Shown: positions 1 to 11,847 of the stretch, piece after piece
How the letters are laid out: every line of letters starts with the position of its first letter
How positions within the stretch are numbered: the stretch's first letter is position 1
Source: an uncultured Chloroflexia bacterium
GTDB lineage: Bacteria; Chloroflexota; Anaerolineae; JAAYZQ01
Assembly: GCA_963700285.1 (NCBI GenBank)
Contig: CAVOXA010000010.1
Location: 320,001 to 384,000, forward strand
Direction of reading: 5' to 3'
Length of the DNA stretch: 64,000 nucleotides
Program-made: the position numbers and the translations under genes
Notes under the pieces: model-generated
What the model was told of the DNA's origin: nothing
Database searches by the model: none
The model's input: the letters and a program-made list of their open reading frames with translations, nothing else

Positions 1-761
1 CCAGGAATGATCACGCGCCCCTCGTGGTCGACCAGCGTATCCAGGGCCTTGACCAGGCGCCAGGCAGGATTGACAACCCAGGCCGAGTCGCCGGAGTGTA
101 TCTCGCTGGCCGCGCCCTGGCAGCGCAGTTCGGCGTAGAGGATGGCCTTGTTGCCCAACGACACCCGGGGTCGCCCTGTGCCGGAATCAACGCCTCCGTC
201 GAGGCAGTGCATGGCGTCGGCCTGCACCAGCTCGGCGGCGGTCATGGTCTGGCCATTGGGGGCGAGGACCGTGCTGGCCAGCCAGTCGCTGAGGTGCGGG
301 CTGCCCACCTCCTCCTCGCCTTCAAAGATGAACTTTAGGCTGACAGGCAGCCGGCCCCGGACCTCCAGAAAAGCCTGGGCCGCCCGAACAAAGGCCAGCA
401 GACCACTCTTGTTGTCGGTAGCGCCGCGGGCAATTACTACGCCGTCCTCAATCTCGGCGGCAAAAGGCGGGCTGGACCACAGTTCCTCCGGCCCCGGCGG
501 CTGGACGTCATAGTGAGCATAGCACAGCATTGTCTTACTCTGTTCGCCGGGCACGCGGCCATAGACTACTTCCGGCCCGCCGGGTGTCGGGTAGATCTGG
601 ACATCAGAAATACCCGCCTCAAGCATCATGTCCTGCACCATGACAGCGCACTCTTCCAGGCCAATTCTCTGGGCGGAGATGCTGGGCTGCCGGAGCAAGC
701 GCTGCAGTTCTTCGACCATTTCGTCCTGATGGGCATCGATCCAGGCATAAATGTCATTCAT
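1..761 (-). CDS. M20/M25/M40 family metallopeptidase (dipeptidase-like), 3' end runs off the window
   Basis: Not in the ORF track. Manual translation from ATG at 761 gives MNDIYAWIDAHQDEMVEELQRLLRQPSIS...YAHYDVQP...RGATDNKSG...FEGEEEVGS, the canonical M20 metal-binding and catalytic motifs. Confidence 0.9.
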   Translation of the reverse strand, partial: MNDIYAWIDAHQDEMVEELQRLLRQPSISAQRIGLEECAVMVQDMMLEAGISDVQIYPTPGGPEVVYGRVPGEQSKTMLCYAHYDVQPPGPEELWSSPPFAAEIEDGVVIARGATDNKSGLLAFVRAAQAFLEVRGRLPVSLKFIFEGEEEVGSPHLSDWLASTVLAPNGQTMTAAELVQADAMHCLDGGVDSGTGRPRVSLGNKAILYAELRCQGAASEIHSGDSAWVVNPAWRLVKALDTLVDHEGRVIIP

Positions 762-766
762 AAAGC

Positions 767-2844
767 TCAATCTCCCGGGGTCTCCAAGGTGACCAGATCC
801 ACCCTCACCAGGCCCTCGATAAGGGGCAGGAATAGGGCCGGATCCAGTTCAAAGCCAAACTCCATGCAGACGGCCTCGGCAATCTCTGCGATGTTGCGCC
901 GGCCATCGATCATGTTCCACACTTCGTCGTTCATCACGCGCAATGCATAGAAGGTATAGACCGGATCCTGGGTCTCCATCGGGGCCGAGATCTCGGCTTG
1001 CTCCGGGTAGGTAAAGATGGCCAGCCCGGGCGTGAATCCGGGTACCCTCTTGTGGGGGATGGCTGCCAGGGCTGCCGCCTGGCCAGCAGAACGGCGGCCC
1101 AGATCGCTCCCAGGCTGGGGGCTTCCAGCTTTGGCATCCAGAGAGATCCCGGCCCTGGACAGGGCCTTCTCAATGCGTGACGATGCCTGCTCAGCCTCTT
1201 GTCGCAACGCGTCGATGCAGGCCGCGATCTGCTCCTCCGCTTCCGCGGGCGGCTGGCCCGGAACCAGATCCAACGTGGAGGCGATGGCCCGGGCGTCCCG
1301 GCTTTGGAAATAATCCAGTTCCCGGAAAGCGCGGCTGGCTATTCCCTCAGCCAGGCTACCACCAACCGGCGCATGGGCCGCCTTCAAGATCTGCTGTACG
1401 GCGCGGCTGCTTATTCTCCGGAGCCGGAACTGGCTGCGCGCCAGTACCTCATCGGCAATGGCCATCGCCTCTGGCAAGCCCGCATCGGCAATCTCGTACA
1501 GGGCCAGCGCGGTGGGCACGCCAGCGCGACGGAATACCTGGGGATCCATCTTGTCCGCGGTCAGGAACTGGGTATGAAAGTAGATGCTGGGCGTCGACAT
1601 GATCAGCGGGCTGGGGATGCCAAAGGAGGCGAAACGGTTGTTGTCGCTCCAGGGCGTGTAGGGCTCGGAGGTAAACACGACCCCTGACATGCCCTCGTCC
1701 TGCCGGCCGATCCATTGGCGTCCTTCGGCGCGCGGTCCATCAGCCCTTCAAAGTAATCGTTGATGAACGAGGGCGACGAGTCGGGGTGCCGGGAGAAGAT
1801 GAGCGTCGACTTGAGTATCTCCTGGTGGTTGCCGACGCTATCCAGGCAGATGGCGGCCTTGATGCCAGGCAGTTCCTCCGGGTGCTCGGCGAAATAGGCT
1901 TCAGTGCCCAAGCCTTCAGCGACGACAAAGAACTTGATGCTGCGGCGTGGCGGGCGCACCTTGCCCTCCCGGATGAGGCACTGCAGGACGCGGGCGATCT
2001 CAACTAGTAGCGCCACCCCAGCCGCACAGTTGGCGCCAGGTTGGGTACCGGTTGTGTGGGCCATCAGGATCACCGATTCTTCTGGCAGCTCCCGGCCCGG
2101 GATGGTGGCTATCACATTCCGCCCATGGCCCTTGAACGAACGACAGCGGATATCGGCGTGTACGGTGACCGGCCCGAGCTTGAGCAACTCTCTCAGGCGT
2201 TGTCCGGCATGCAGAGTTAGGGAGCAGCCCCAGGCATCATATTTGCCCTGGCTGTTTGGCAGACGCAGGAACTGAGCCGCATCAGGCACCTGCCAGCGCG
2301 TCCGGTAGGGCGCCAGAGGGTAGAGAAAATAGTCGGTCAGTACGCCTTTTGCTCCGCGCCGCAGCGCCTCTTCCGCCGCGTATTTCCAAGCCTCCCGCCG
2401 GTTGGTATGGCTGATAAAGGCAACCTTGCCCTCGAGATCTTTGTCCCGCCAATCTGCCTCCGACAAGCCCAAGCCGACATCCACAACCTCAGCCGCCATG
2501 CCTCCAGCGGGCGTGGGCTGCGACCAGACGGTCAGGCAGGTGGGCGCCTCATCAAAGCTGACCAGCTTTTCCTGGGTCGGGGCGAGCACACTGACTTGTG
2601 CAGCGTGGGGTTCCCAGGCCAAGGGGGTAGCGCCATCCAGCAGCACGGTCTCGCCATCGATGGGATAGGTTGTCACCTCCAAGTCATCGAACCCGCACTC
2701 GCGCAGCTTCTGCAGGGCCAGGTTGGTCGCGGCGTGGTACCCGGATGAGCCCGGGGTACGGTAAAAGCGCGTGATGGCAGCCGTGGTTTCTGTAGCGCTC
2801 TCCCCCGAAAGCATCTCGTGAATCAGCAAGGCCAGAGAATCCAT
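767..2844 (-). CDS. DUF4910/M28-like aminopeptidase with PA-type insert and C-terminal winged-helix-like tail; split by one frameshift near 1700
   Basis: ORFs 1603..2883 and 767..1690 read as one protein (TRFYRTPGSSGY, AHTTGTQPGAN, CLDSVG, PYTPWSDN, WNMIDGRRNIAEI). Start MDSLALL at 2844. Confidence 0.75.
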
Positions 2845-3031
2845 ACGTTCCCTCTTGGGTTTTCTTGGCGGCCAGTTCCGCACATGGCCTATTTTCTATG
2901 GACAGAGAAGTGAGGACCGTTCGTTAGACCACATCGTCGATGGCTACAAAACCGGCTTTTTGGAAAAGGTGGCGTCAGGATCTATCGCAGGCTCCCTCTT
3001 ACGAGTCGGTAACAGGCGCCCAGCGTGCTGG

Positions 3032-3979
3032 CTATACCACGTTCTTCATGCGCGGATCCAAATAGTCCCGTATCCAATCACCCAGCACATTGATCCCAAG
3101 CACAGTCAAAGAAATGGCCAGACCGGGAAAGATAACCAGCCAGGGAGCGATCTCCAGATACTCGCGGTTTTCCGACAGCATTCCCCCCCAGGTTGGAACA
3201 TCAGGGGGCACACCCAAGCCCAGAAAACTGAGCGAGGCTTCAGCAATGATGGTACTTGCCACAGAAAAGCTGGCGATGACAATCACCACACCCCACAGAT
3301 TGGGGAGCACGTGACGTCCCATGATCCGCCCTTGGCGAACACCCACGGCGCGGGCCGCATCTACGAATTCCATCTCCCGCAAGTATATGACCTGGCTCCG
3401 GGCCAGGCGACCATAGGTCACCCAGCCGGTAATCCCCAGCACGATGATAAGCTTGTCCACACCCGGCCCCAGGACGGCCAAGACGCTGATGGCCAGCAGA
3501 ATGAAGGGGAAGGCTAGCTGGATATCGCCGATACGCATGATCACGTCGTCCAGAAGACCGCCCATATAGCCGGAGATCAGGCCCAGGAAAACACCCAGTG
3601 TACCCGCCAACAGTACCGCGCTCAAACCGACAACCAGCGAAACCCGGGCGCCGTAGCACAACCGGGCAAAAACATCACGGCCCAGCGTATCAGTGCCCAG
3701 GAGGTGCAATGTGCCATCGGGCGCGCGCCATAGAGGTGGCTTGAGCCGGCTGATGATGTCGATCTGGGCGGGGTCGAGTGGCGTCAGGACCGGCGCCAGC
3801 ACGGCAACCAGGACTGCGACCAGGACGATAATCGCACCAACCAGAGCGAGCTTTCGACGGGCGAGACTGCGCAGCGCCCCAAAACGGGGGCGTTCCGGAA
3901 TTGTGCCGCCATCGGTAAGAGAAGCGGGGCGCGCCGGCGACACCTCTGCTGCCCCTGACGCATCGTTTCTATCAGACAT
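3032..3979 (-). CDS. dppC: Peptide/nickel ABC transporter permease (DppC/OppC type)
   Basis: HLLGTDTLGRD, EAA-type loop (EFVDAARAVG), EASLSFLGLG, GDWIRDYLDPR. Confidence 0.95.
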   Translation of the reverse strand: MSDRNDASGAAEVSPARPASLTDGGTIPERPRFGALRSLARRKLALVGAIIVLVAVLVAVLAPVLTPLDPAQIDIISRLKPPLWRAPDGTLHLLGTDTLGRDVFARLCYGARVSLVVGLSAVLLAGTLGVFLGLISGYMGGLLDDVIMRIGDIQLAFPFILLAISVLAVLGPGVDKLIIVLGITGWVTYGRLARSQVIYLREMEFVDAARAVGVRQGRIMGRHVLPNLWGVVIVIASFSVASTIIAEASLSFLGLGVPPDVPTWGGMLSENREYLEIAPWLVIFPGLAISLTVLGINVLGDWIRDYLDPRMKNVV

Positions 3980-3997
3980 TCAGGCTCCTCTGTCCCT

Positions 3998-4921
3998 CTA
4001 GTTGTATCGGACGCGAGGATCTATCCAGGAGTAGAGGAGGTCCACCCCAAGATTGACAAGCGTAAAAGCGATGGCCAGCACCGTCACACCAGCTTGAACA
4101 ATGGCAAAGTCCTTGTTGTAGATGGCATCAATGATCAGCCGGCCCACACCGGGCCAGGCAAAGATGCTCTCGACGATGACAGAACCGGCCAGCAGAAAGC
4201 CTAGCTGAAGACCCACCATCGTCACCAAGGGCAGAAGCGCGTTTCGCAGGGCATGAAGATAGATGACCTTTCTCTCAGACAGGCCCTTGGCCCGTGCGGT
4301 CCGCACATAGTCCTGCTGAATGACCTCCAGCAGGGATGCGCGAGTCAGGCGCATGTTGCGGGCCAGCGAGAAGGCAGCCAGGGTGAATGCTGGCAGAATC
4401 AGATTCCGCCAGTCCCCCTTCCCCGAGATAGGCAACACCCTCAGCCAGACGCCAAATATGAGCATCAGCATGATGCCCAGAAAAAAACTGGGGACCGACT
4501 GTCCGATCAAGGCTGCGAGCGTGGAAATATAGTCCGCCCCGGTGTTGGGGCGGGTGGCCGAGAGCACGCCAATGGGGACGCCGAGAATGACCGAAACTGC
4601 CAGAGCGATAAGTGCCAGCTGAACTGTGGCCGGAAAGCGGCGCATGACAACGTCAAAGGCAGGCTCGCTGTAGCGATACGAGTCGCCAAAATCCCCGCGG
4701 ACAGCATTCTTGGCGAAAATAAAGTACTGGATATACCAGGGCTGGTCAAAGCCCTTGAGTTGGCGGAACTCGTCGATCTGCTCTGCGGTCATAAAGTCCG
4801 CACTCTCGCCGAGCCATACCTCCGTTGGGTCCCCGGTCAGGAACATCAGCCCAAAGGAGATAAAACTCACCCCAAGGATCACAATGAACGTTTGAAGTAG
4901 CCGCCGAATTGTGTATTGCAT
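3998..4921 (-). CDS. dppB: Peptide/nickel ABC transporter permease (DppB/OppB type)
   Basis: GDFGDSY, DYVRTARAKGL, HALRNA, ESIFAWPGVG, DPRVRY. Confidence 0.95.
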   Translation of the reverse strand: MQYTIRRLLQTFIVILGVSFISFGLMFLTGDPTEVWLGESADFMTAEQIDEFRQLKGFDQPWYIQYFIFAKNAVRGDFGDSYRYSEPAFDVVMRRFPATVQLALIALAVSVILGVPIGVLSATRPNTGADYISTLAALIGQSVPSFFLGIMLMLIFGVWLRVLPISGKGDWRNLILPAFTLAAFSLARNMRLTRASLLEVIQQDYVRTARAKGLSERKVIYLHALRNALLPLVTMVGLQLGFLLAGSVIVESIFAWPGVGRLIIDAIYNKDFAIVQAGVTVLAIAFTLVNLGVDLLYSWIDPRVRYN

Positions 4922-4962
4922 CCAGATCCTTCCTCGGTGCTTTCAAGAGGGAAAGAAGGCAA

Positions 4963-4988
4963 GGGGCCTGGGCAGGCGCCCAGGCCCC
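4963..4988 (-). terminator. GC-rich hairpin after the solute-binding-protein gene (terminator or mRNA-stabilising stem)
   Basis: Perfect 11-bp stem GGGGCCTGGGC/GCCCAGGCCCC with a 4-nt loop, followed on the minus strand by a pyrimidine-rich tract. Confidence 0.6.
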
Positions 4989-4995
4989 ACAAAGA

Positions 4996-6718
4996 CTATC
5001 TCAGGGAAGCGTCCATCATCAGAATACGTTCGTCTGCTCTGGGCTCCCAGTCCATCCGGTCCGATGCCGCGTAAAAGTCGGTCTGCATGTAGATCTGGAC
5101 CACGGCCGCATCCTCGACGGCAATCTCTTCGATCTGATGGCAGAGCGCCAGGCGCTCGTCCGGATCGAAGGTGGCATCCAGTTCCGCAAAGAGGGCGGTG
5201 ATCTCTTCATTGGCGTACTGCGAGCGGTTGGAGCCAGTGTTGGCTTCGATGTAGCCCAGGTCCGAGCGGCAGTTAAAGCCGGGGCCGGAGCCGATCAGAT
5301 GCATGTCGGGGAAGCCAGCACCCTGGCTGGAAGCATGGTCGATGAACACGGACCAGTCAAGCACGTTGACCGTAACGTCGATGCCAACTTTCGCCAGGTC
5401 GGAGGCCAGAACCAGGCACATATCCTTGTCCTTGATATAGCGGCCGTTGGGGCACTCCATCTCGAGCGCCAGCTTCTCACCGTCCTTCTCGCGGACGCCA
5501 TCGCTGCCCATGGTCCAGCCGGCTTCGTCCAGAAGAGCAGCGGCCTTCTCCGGATCGTAGGGGTAGGCCTCGACGTTGGGGCTGCCGTTGGGCGCGTTGA
5601 TGATGTGGGCTGAGCACTCGCCCGCGCCGGCCAGCAGGCTGGTCATCATGGACTCGCAGTCGAAGGCATAGTTGATGGCCTGGCGGACCCGCACATCCTT
5701 CAACGCCGGGTGATCGGTCTCTTTTTGGTCCAGGCCAAAGAACATGCGGCGCATGCCATCGACCGGGGCCATGTGGGCGCCCGGTGCCTTGTCGACGCTC
5801 AGCGCCAGATCCGGCGGTACGTTGGTGATGATATCCGCGTTACCGGCCTTTAGTTCGTTGATGCGCGTCGAGGCTTCGGGCACGGCGCGCCAGATGATCT
5901 TCTGGATGGAAGGCTTCTCGCCGGCATAGTCTGGATAGACCTCCATCTCGATCGACTTCTTCGGGGACATAGTTGGTGATCATGTACGGGCCACTGCCAA
6001 TGCCCGTGCGCCCAAACTCATCGCCTCCAACTTCGGTGATGTACTGGGGCGGCTGAGCCGCGGTCTGGACGTGCGCCACATGCTCGGGGATGAGCGGGTT
6101 GGGGGCCGTGGTGACGATGTGCAAGGTGTACTCGTCAACCGCAATGACCTCCGCCAGGTCCAGAAGGCCATACTCGTAGCTGGTGCGGCCCACGCCTGTC
6201 TCGAACATCTCCTGACCACGATCCAGGGCGAACTTGAAGGCCTCGGCATTCACCGGCTCGCCATTGTGGAAGGTGTAGCCCTCCTTGATCTTGAACTCCC
6301 ACGTGACGTCGTCGACGGCTTCCCACGACTCGGCCATGTAGGGCTCCAGTTCGACATTGGCGTTGAACCGCGTCAGCGTCTGGAAGAGGTGCTTGTGAAC
6401 ATTGTCATCGGGGATGGACTGGCCGATGTGCGGGTCCAGGGTGATGACCTCAGCGCCCTGCAGAATGACCACGGGCTCTTGTTCCTCTACCACTGGGACA
6501 GCGGTCACCTCTACCTCTACCTCGACCACCTCGGTGACGACCTTTTCGACAACCTGGGCCGTCCCCTCGACAATGACCGTCTCCTTGACCGTCTGCTCGA
6601 CGATCTGGGTGACAATCTTTTCGACTTCGACCACCTGGGGCTCCGGCGTAGCGCCACAGGCTGCGAGCAGCAGTGACACCACAATCATGAGCGTAAGCAA
6701 TAGACCTAAACGTTTCAT
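4996..6718 (-). CDS. ABC transporter substrate-binding lipoprotein, family 5; one frameshift near 5960
   Basis: ORFs 5840..6766 and 4996..5970 join. Lipobox LLAAC, V/E/T-rich stalk, TLDPH, FHNGEP, GSGPY, DVRVRQAINYA. RBS AGGAGG before ATG 6718. Confidence 0.9.
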
Positions 6719-6946
6719 CTGTACTCCTCCTACCTTTCGTAAATTTGGACTCTGCGCGGACAGCAAACTTCAAAATGCTCGATAGGCTTACCTCCCATCA
6801 TCAAAAACCTCGGAACCGAATCGCCAAACACACCTTGAAAGCTGATAGCTACACCGACCTGAATGGGACAATCCCATCCCAGGGCAAAAGTCGCTGTGGA
6901 GTCATCGCGATAGAGTGCCGTTACAATGATAGAGCGGCCCCATATA

Positions 6947-6960
6947 TATCCTATAGGATA
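6947..6960. promoter_or_regulatory. Operator-like palindrome TATCCTATAGGATA (copy 1)
   Basis: Perfect 14-bp palindrome 8 bp downstream of the -10 box. Recurs at 26021 and 55664. Confidence 0.8.
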
Positions 6961-6968
6961 CAAAGTCT

Positions 6969-6997
6969 ATTGTACAACGATTCCAGCACGCTGTCAA
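6969..6997 (-). promoter_or_regulatory. Sigma70-type promoter P1 for the ABC operon
   Basis: Minus strand TTGACA (6992-6997), 17-bp spacer, TACAAT (6969-6974). Confidence 0.8.
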
Positions 6998-7032
6998 ATC
7001 GTCCGGGCAAAGATGGCCGGATCAAGCGCCGG

Positions 7033-7987
7033 TTAGAATCCCGTACGCTTGTCCACGACGTTGATGAGCGTTCCTCCCTTGACCCAGCGCCGAAAGTTTT
7101 CGACGAAAACCAAGAGAACCCGTTCCCTGTATCTGGGGCTCTGCCCGCCCAGGTGGGGGGTCAGCGCGACGTTGGGCAATCTGCGCAGTTCGCTATCCAC
7201 GGGCAGCGGTTCCTGGTCAAAGACGTCAAGGCCGGCTCCGGCAAGCGGGCCCTCCTTCAGCGCTTCGATGAGCGCCTCTTCGTCGACGAGGGGACCGCGC
7301 GCGATGTTAACCAGGTAACTGCCCTCGTTCATCAGCGAGATGAGATGGCCATCTACCATACCCCTGGTCCCATCGGTAAGCGCGGCAGCCACGACCAGGA
7401 CATCCAGACCTGATGAAGAATTCCTCGATCTGGTCGCTGAGATACATCTCGTTCAGGTAGGGCACAAAAGCCGGGCGGGTGTCATAGCCGCGGACTCTCA
7501 TACCAAAGGCTGCCCCTTTGCGGGCGATCTCCCTGCCGACGTTGCCCATGCCCAGGACGCCCATGGTCTTGCCATACAATTCCTCACAGGTCTGCCGCTC
7601 CCACGTGTCCAACAGGTTGTTCTCCCCGTAGGAGTCGATGATCCTGCGGGTCACGGCCAACAGCAGCGCAAAGGCGTGTTCAGAGACCGAGATGGGGTGA
7701 TTGCCACTGGCATTGGTGAGGACGACATCACTGTTTACAAAGTCCGGCGTGAGCAGGTTCTCCACGCCCGCGCTCAGGGACTGATACCAACTCAGTTTCT
7801 TTGCCCGAGCCAGCAGTTCATCGGTGAAGCGTCCATGTAGAATGATGTCTGCATCCTCGATCCAGGGCGCCATGTCGTCCAGGGTCAGCGTCTGATGCAC
7901 GCACAGGTCTGGATGGATGGCCTCTAGCCGTTTTCGGGTTTCGTCATCAATTTCGTACCGCGACAGAATCGTGATCTCTTTGGTCAT
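7033..7987 (-). CDS. D-2-hydroxyacid dehydrogenase family protein; one frameshift near 7410
   Basis: ORFs 7307..7987 and 7033..7392 join. SAGVE, GVLGMGNVG, NIARG, DVFDQEPL, TPHLGG. Confidence 0.9.
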
Positions 7988-8042
7988 TTTGGCCTCCAGG
8001 ACCTACGACAATGGTCAGTCTTGTCACAATGCCCGTCTTTGC

Positions 8043-9344
8043 CTAGGCTTCAAAAAAGGCTTTGAAAGCCTTGTACATATAGTATTGATCCAGAACACCA
8101 CCCAGCTCCCTGATAGAGTGCATGGCCATCGCGGGATTGCCCACATCCAGGGAACGCATGTCCAATTGAGTAGCCGAGATGGGGCCGATGGTCGAACCGC
8201 CCACGAGATCGGAACGGCTGACAAAGCGCTGGACCGGAACGTCCACTCCCCGGCACAGGGTCTCAAAGACGGCAGCCGAGTCGCTGTCGGTGGTGAAATT
8301 CTGATTGGCCGAGACCTTGACCATGGGGCCGCCGTTCAAGACCGGCCGGTTGACAGGATCGTGTTTGTCCACAGCACCGGGATGAACCCCATGTCCCATG
8401 TCGGCCGATATGAGGAATGACTGGTAGATGGATTGGAAGAAGCCCTCTCGATCCCCGGCCAGCCCATAGGCGATCCGTTCGAGCAGCGTGCTCAGCAAGG
8501 GAGAAGCCGCTCCCTGTTTGGTCCTGCTGCCAACCTCCTCGTTGTCGTAGCAGACCAGAACGTTGGTGGCCTGGGCAGTGCCGGCATTGAGCAGGGCGTG
8601 CAATCCGGCATGGACCATGGCCAGGTCATCCAGCCTGGAGCTGGAGATAAAGTCGTCGTTCAGACCAACAATGCTGCCCCTACCATACTCGTTCAGGAAC
8701 AGGTCAAAATCGACAATACTGCCGGCCTCAATGCCCAGTTTCTCGGCCAGCAGTCCGGCCAGGAAGGCACCTTTTTCGAACTCGGCATTCACGCAGGCCA
8801 CCAGGGGCAGCATGTCCGTCTGCTTGTTCAACTCGATCCCCTCGTTGACCTTGCGGTTCATGTGTAGAGACTGGTTGGGGATGATCAGCAGGGGCTGGTC
8901 AAAGCTGACAAGTCTGATTTCAGGATGCAGGGGATCGTCGCCTGTAAGCGCCACCCGGCCGGCCAGAGTCAGGGGTCTATCCAGCCAGGTGTTGAGGATA
9001 GGACCGCCATAGGACTCTGTATTCAGCATGAGGTAGGTATTGGCCTTGACCAGCTCGGGCGATGGTTTGATCCTGAAGGATGGCGCATCGGTGTGAGCGC
9101 CTACCAGCCGGAATCCCTCTTTCTCGACGGCGCCCTGCCCCACGACAAAGGCGATAACGGCCGAATCATTCCTGGTCAGAAAGTACTTGCCGCCCTTGGT
9201 GATTTTCCACCTCTCTGTCAATTCTAGCTCGTCGAAGCCGTTTGCCTGGAGTGCGTCCTTGATGGTGGCCACGACGTGGAATGGACTGGGGCTGGTATGG
9301 ATGAAATCAAGAAGGTCGTTGGCGAATTTCAGTTCTTCAGTCAT
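8043..9344 (-). CDS. apeB: M18 family aspartyl aminopeptidase
   Basis: SPSPFH, GAHTDAP, YGGPILNTWLDR, RLDDL, DNEEVGS, SADMGHGVHP, GGSTIGP, AMHSIRE. Confidence 0.92.
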   Translation of the reverse strand: MTEELKFANDLLDFIHTSPSPFHVVATIKDALQANGFDELELTERWKITKGGKYFLTRNDSAVIAFVVGQGAVEKEGFRLVGAHTDAPSFRIKPSPELVKANTYLMLNTESYGGPILNTWLDRPLTLAGRVALTGDDPLHPEIRLVSFDQPLLIIPNQSLHMNRKVNEGIELNKQTDMLPLVACVNAEFEKGAFLAGLLAEKLGIEAGSIVDFDLFLNEYGRGSIVGLNDDFISSSRLDDLAMVHAGLHALLNAGTAQATNVLVCYDNEEVGSRTKQGAASPLLSTLLERIAYGLAGDREGFFQSIYQSFLISADMGHGVHPGAVDKHDPVNRPVLNGGPMVKVSANQNFTTDSDSAAVFETLCRGVDVPVQRFVSRSDLVGGSTIGPISATQLDMRSLDVGNPAMAMHSIRELGGVLDQYYMYKAFKAFFEA

Positions 9345-9379
9345 AACGTATGCTCCTCGCTGAAAGTAGGGTTATTGGC

Positions 9380-10422
9380 TCAATAGAGTAAGACTGGATC
9401 CAACACATTGCGCAGAGGTTCTCCGGCCAGATAACGGTGAAGGTTGTCGCAGAATAGATCTGTGAGTTTGGCTTTCTCACTATCTGCGGCACTGGCAGAG
9501 TGCGGACAGATGAGCACGTTGGGCATATCCCACAACGGGCTGTTCGCCGGGCAGTGGTTCCACGGCAAAGACGTCGGAAGCCAAGCCCCCTAAGTGCCCT
9601 GATTGCAGGGCGCGCACAACGGCGGCTCGTCCCAGATAGTGCCCCGGGCCACGTTGATCAACACCGCGCCTGGCTTCATGGCCGCCAGTTCCTCTGCCCC
9701 GATCAAGCCCTCGGTCTCTGGCGTATGGGGCAGGAACAGCACCACGAAATCGGCCCTGGCCAGCATTGGCTGCGAGATCTGTCCAGGGATAGAGGCGCTC
9801 AACCCCAAGGGATGTAGGCTCTAGCCCTTCGATGGTACCGCTTGGTGCCGATCACGCGCATCCCCAGACAACGGGCCAGCCGCGCCACCTCTTGCCCGCC
9901 CTTGCCCAGGCTGATCACCGCCAGCGTCTTGCCCCGCAGTTCGGTCCCGGCGTAGCGCTCCCAGTGCTTGCGTTCCTGTTCAGCCGCCATCCGGAAGGCA
10001 TCCTTGACAAACATGAGCATGGCCATCAGGCAGAATTCGGCCAGAGGGCGGGAATGGACCCCACCGGCGGTGGTAAAGACAATATCGCTCTGGTCCCAAC
10101 CAAACTTGACCACGCCTGGCCGATGCCAGTGCTCGAACCCTGAACCCATTTGAGTTGCGGCGCGAGATCGCAGGAGATCATCGAGGTGGGTATAGTCAAA
10201 GCCGAACATCACTTCGGCTTGAGCCAGCAACTCCTGCCAGCGCGCCTCCTGCGCTCGGGGTACGCTCGATGGGCGCGTTGTAATGCGTTGCATAGTGCGG
10301 CCGGCCCAGCAGACTCGGGATCAAAGAGGACCTCAACCCGGGGATCCACGCCCCGGATCTGGTTGACCAGTTCCGGTTCCAGGGGCAGCGAAATGCAGAA
10401 CCTTGGTTTGATTGTTTGGCAT
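9380..10422 (-). CDS. D-2-hydroxyacid dehydrogenase family protein; several frameshifts
   Basis: Consecutive fragments (10209..10469, 9799..10293, 9590..9808, 9380..9568) carry GVHSRPLAEF, ELRGKTLAVISLGKGG, LPHTPETEGLI, INVARG, PHSAS. Confidence 0.8.
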
Positions 10423-10472
10423 GTGCCTGTGTCCCTTCCAGGCCGATTCGTCAGCCGGACGGCCTGCACGCT

Positions 10473-10842
10473 CTAGAGGACGGCCATCAGGTCGATTTCG
10501 ATCAGGAAATCCTTGCGTGCCAACTCGTTGATGCCCACCGTGGTGCGAGTCGGTGGAATCGGGAAAGTACTCCTTGTAGACCTCGTTCATGCCGCCGAAA
10601 TCCTGGACGTCCACCAGGTAGATGTTGACCTTGACGACGTCGTCAAAGGACAAGCCAGAGCTCTCGACAGTGGCCTTGAGGTTGTCCAGTACCTGGCGGG
10701 TCTGCGGCTCGATGCCGCCCTCGGGCACCTGGCCGGTCTCTGGATTCACGGCAACGTTGCCTGACACGAACAGGAACCCGCCGGCCTTGACCGCCTTGGC
10801 ATAGGGTGCGCCCGGCTTTCCTAGCATCGTCTCTTTTTTCAT
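10473..10842 (-). CDS. RidA family protein (Arg-containing); frameshift near 10560
   Basis: APYAKAV, FVSG, QTRQVLDNL, DVVKVNIYL, MNEVYKEYF; the shifted frame continues PTRTTVG...IEIDLMAVL-stop at 10473. Confidence 0.85.
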
Positions 10843-10868
10843 GATCTGACTCCTTTTTTATGGTTTCC

Positions 10869-11847
10869 TCATTCCTGAGGTTCAAACGACAACGCCCGGG
10901 CCGGATTCTCAACCAGGATGCGGTGTAGCAAGCGCATCGTCAAAGCCCGCCTTGACGCAGCCTGGGCACAAAATCCCGCAGCACGTGATCGTAGCCCGGC
11001 CCGCCTCCGACCTTGAGTTCCATCTCGCGGCAGCGATCGGAGGATAGCATTAGGTGGTCCTGATATCCCCTGTCGACCATCTCGCACAGCAGGTCGACCC
11101 GGGTCTCGTCGAGCATCCAGTGGATCTTGCCGATGACGTCGAACTGGACGTAGGCCCCCCGCCGGGCCAGGGCCACCAGTTGGCGGATGTCGGCGTTCTC
11201 GTCGGTATGGCCAATGATCACCCGGCCGGGTCCACCCCTTCCGCCTCAAAGAGATCGAGGTGCTGCATACCAATGTTGCCGCCCTCGATCTCAAAGCGCG
11301 TCGAGCCGCTGGTGTGGGTGGTGATGGACACACCGGTTCGCTTTTGGGCAAGGGCGACGGCGCGGGCACACTTGAGCTCAGGCCCCTCGATCACCGGCCG
11401 GCTGACGCCCGACTTGAGCAGGCCGGTGCGGATGGTCGTACCGTCCGCGCCGCAGGTCAACTCTTGCACCAATAGTTCCGCCAGATCATCGATGCTGGTA
11501 TCAGCCACGTAGGGCGGGTGGCAGTCTTCGACGTAAAAGCCCGAGATGGCGACAACGTGAATATCCGCACGCTCCGAGATATCTTTCAGAACCACCACGT
11601 CCCGCCCCCAGCCGCTGGTCGTCATCTCGGCGATGGCCCGGCCGCCGGCGGCGTGAAAATCGACCAGCTCGGCGACGATGGTATCCACGTTCAACAGAAC
11701 CATCTTGGCATAGGTACCGGGGAAATCGAGCTCGGAGCGGCAGAGGCGCTGATCACAGTAGAGATGCTCGTGGGGAGCCGTTACCCCCAGTTCCTCTGGA
11801 GCAATATCGCCGCGCACCGTTCGAACCACAGGCGAACCGGTTTTCAT
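10869..11847 (-). CDS. Phosphotriesterase-like (Php/PTE) amidohydrolase; frameshifts near 11221 and 10940
   Basis: VRTVRGDI, HEH, GLLK, ITTHT, IGHTD, LSSD, ILVENPARAL across ORFs 11218..11847, 10940..11221 and 10869..11369. Confidence 0.85.

Noticed and set aside
6719-6946. Riboswitch or leader peptide in the roughly 240-nt leader of the first SBP gene (ORF 6730..6963)
   Set aside because: No recognisable riboswitch or T-box consensus. The ORF starts at the promoter/operator with no RBS. An Rfam/Infernal search would be needed to exclude a structured RNA.
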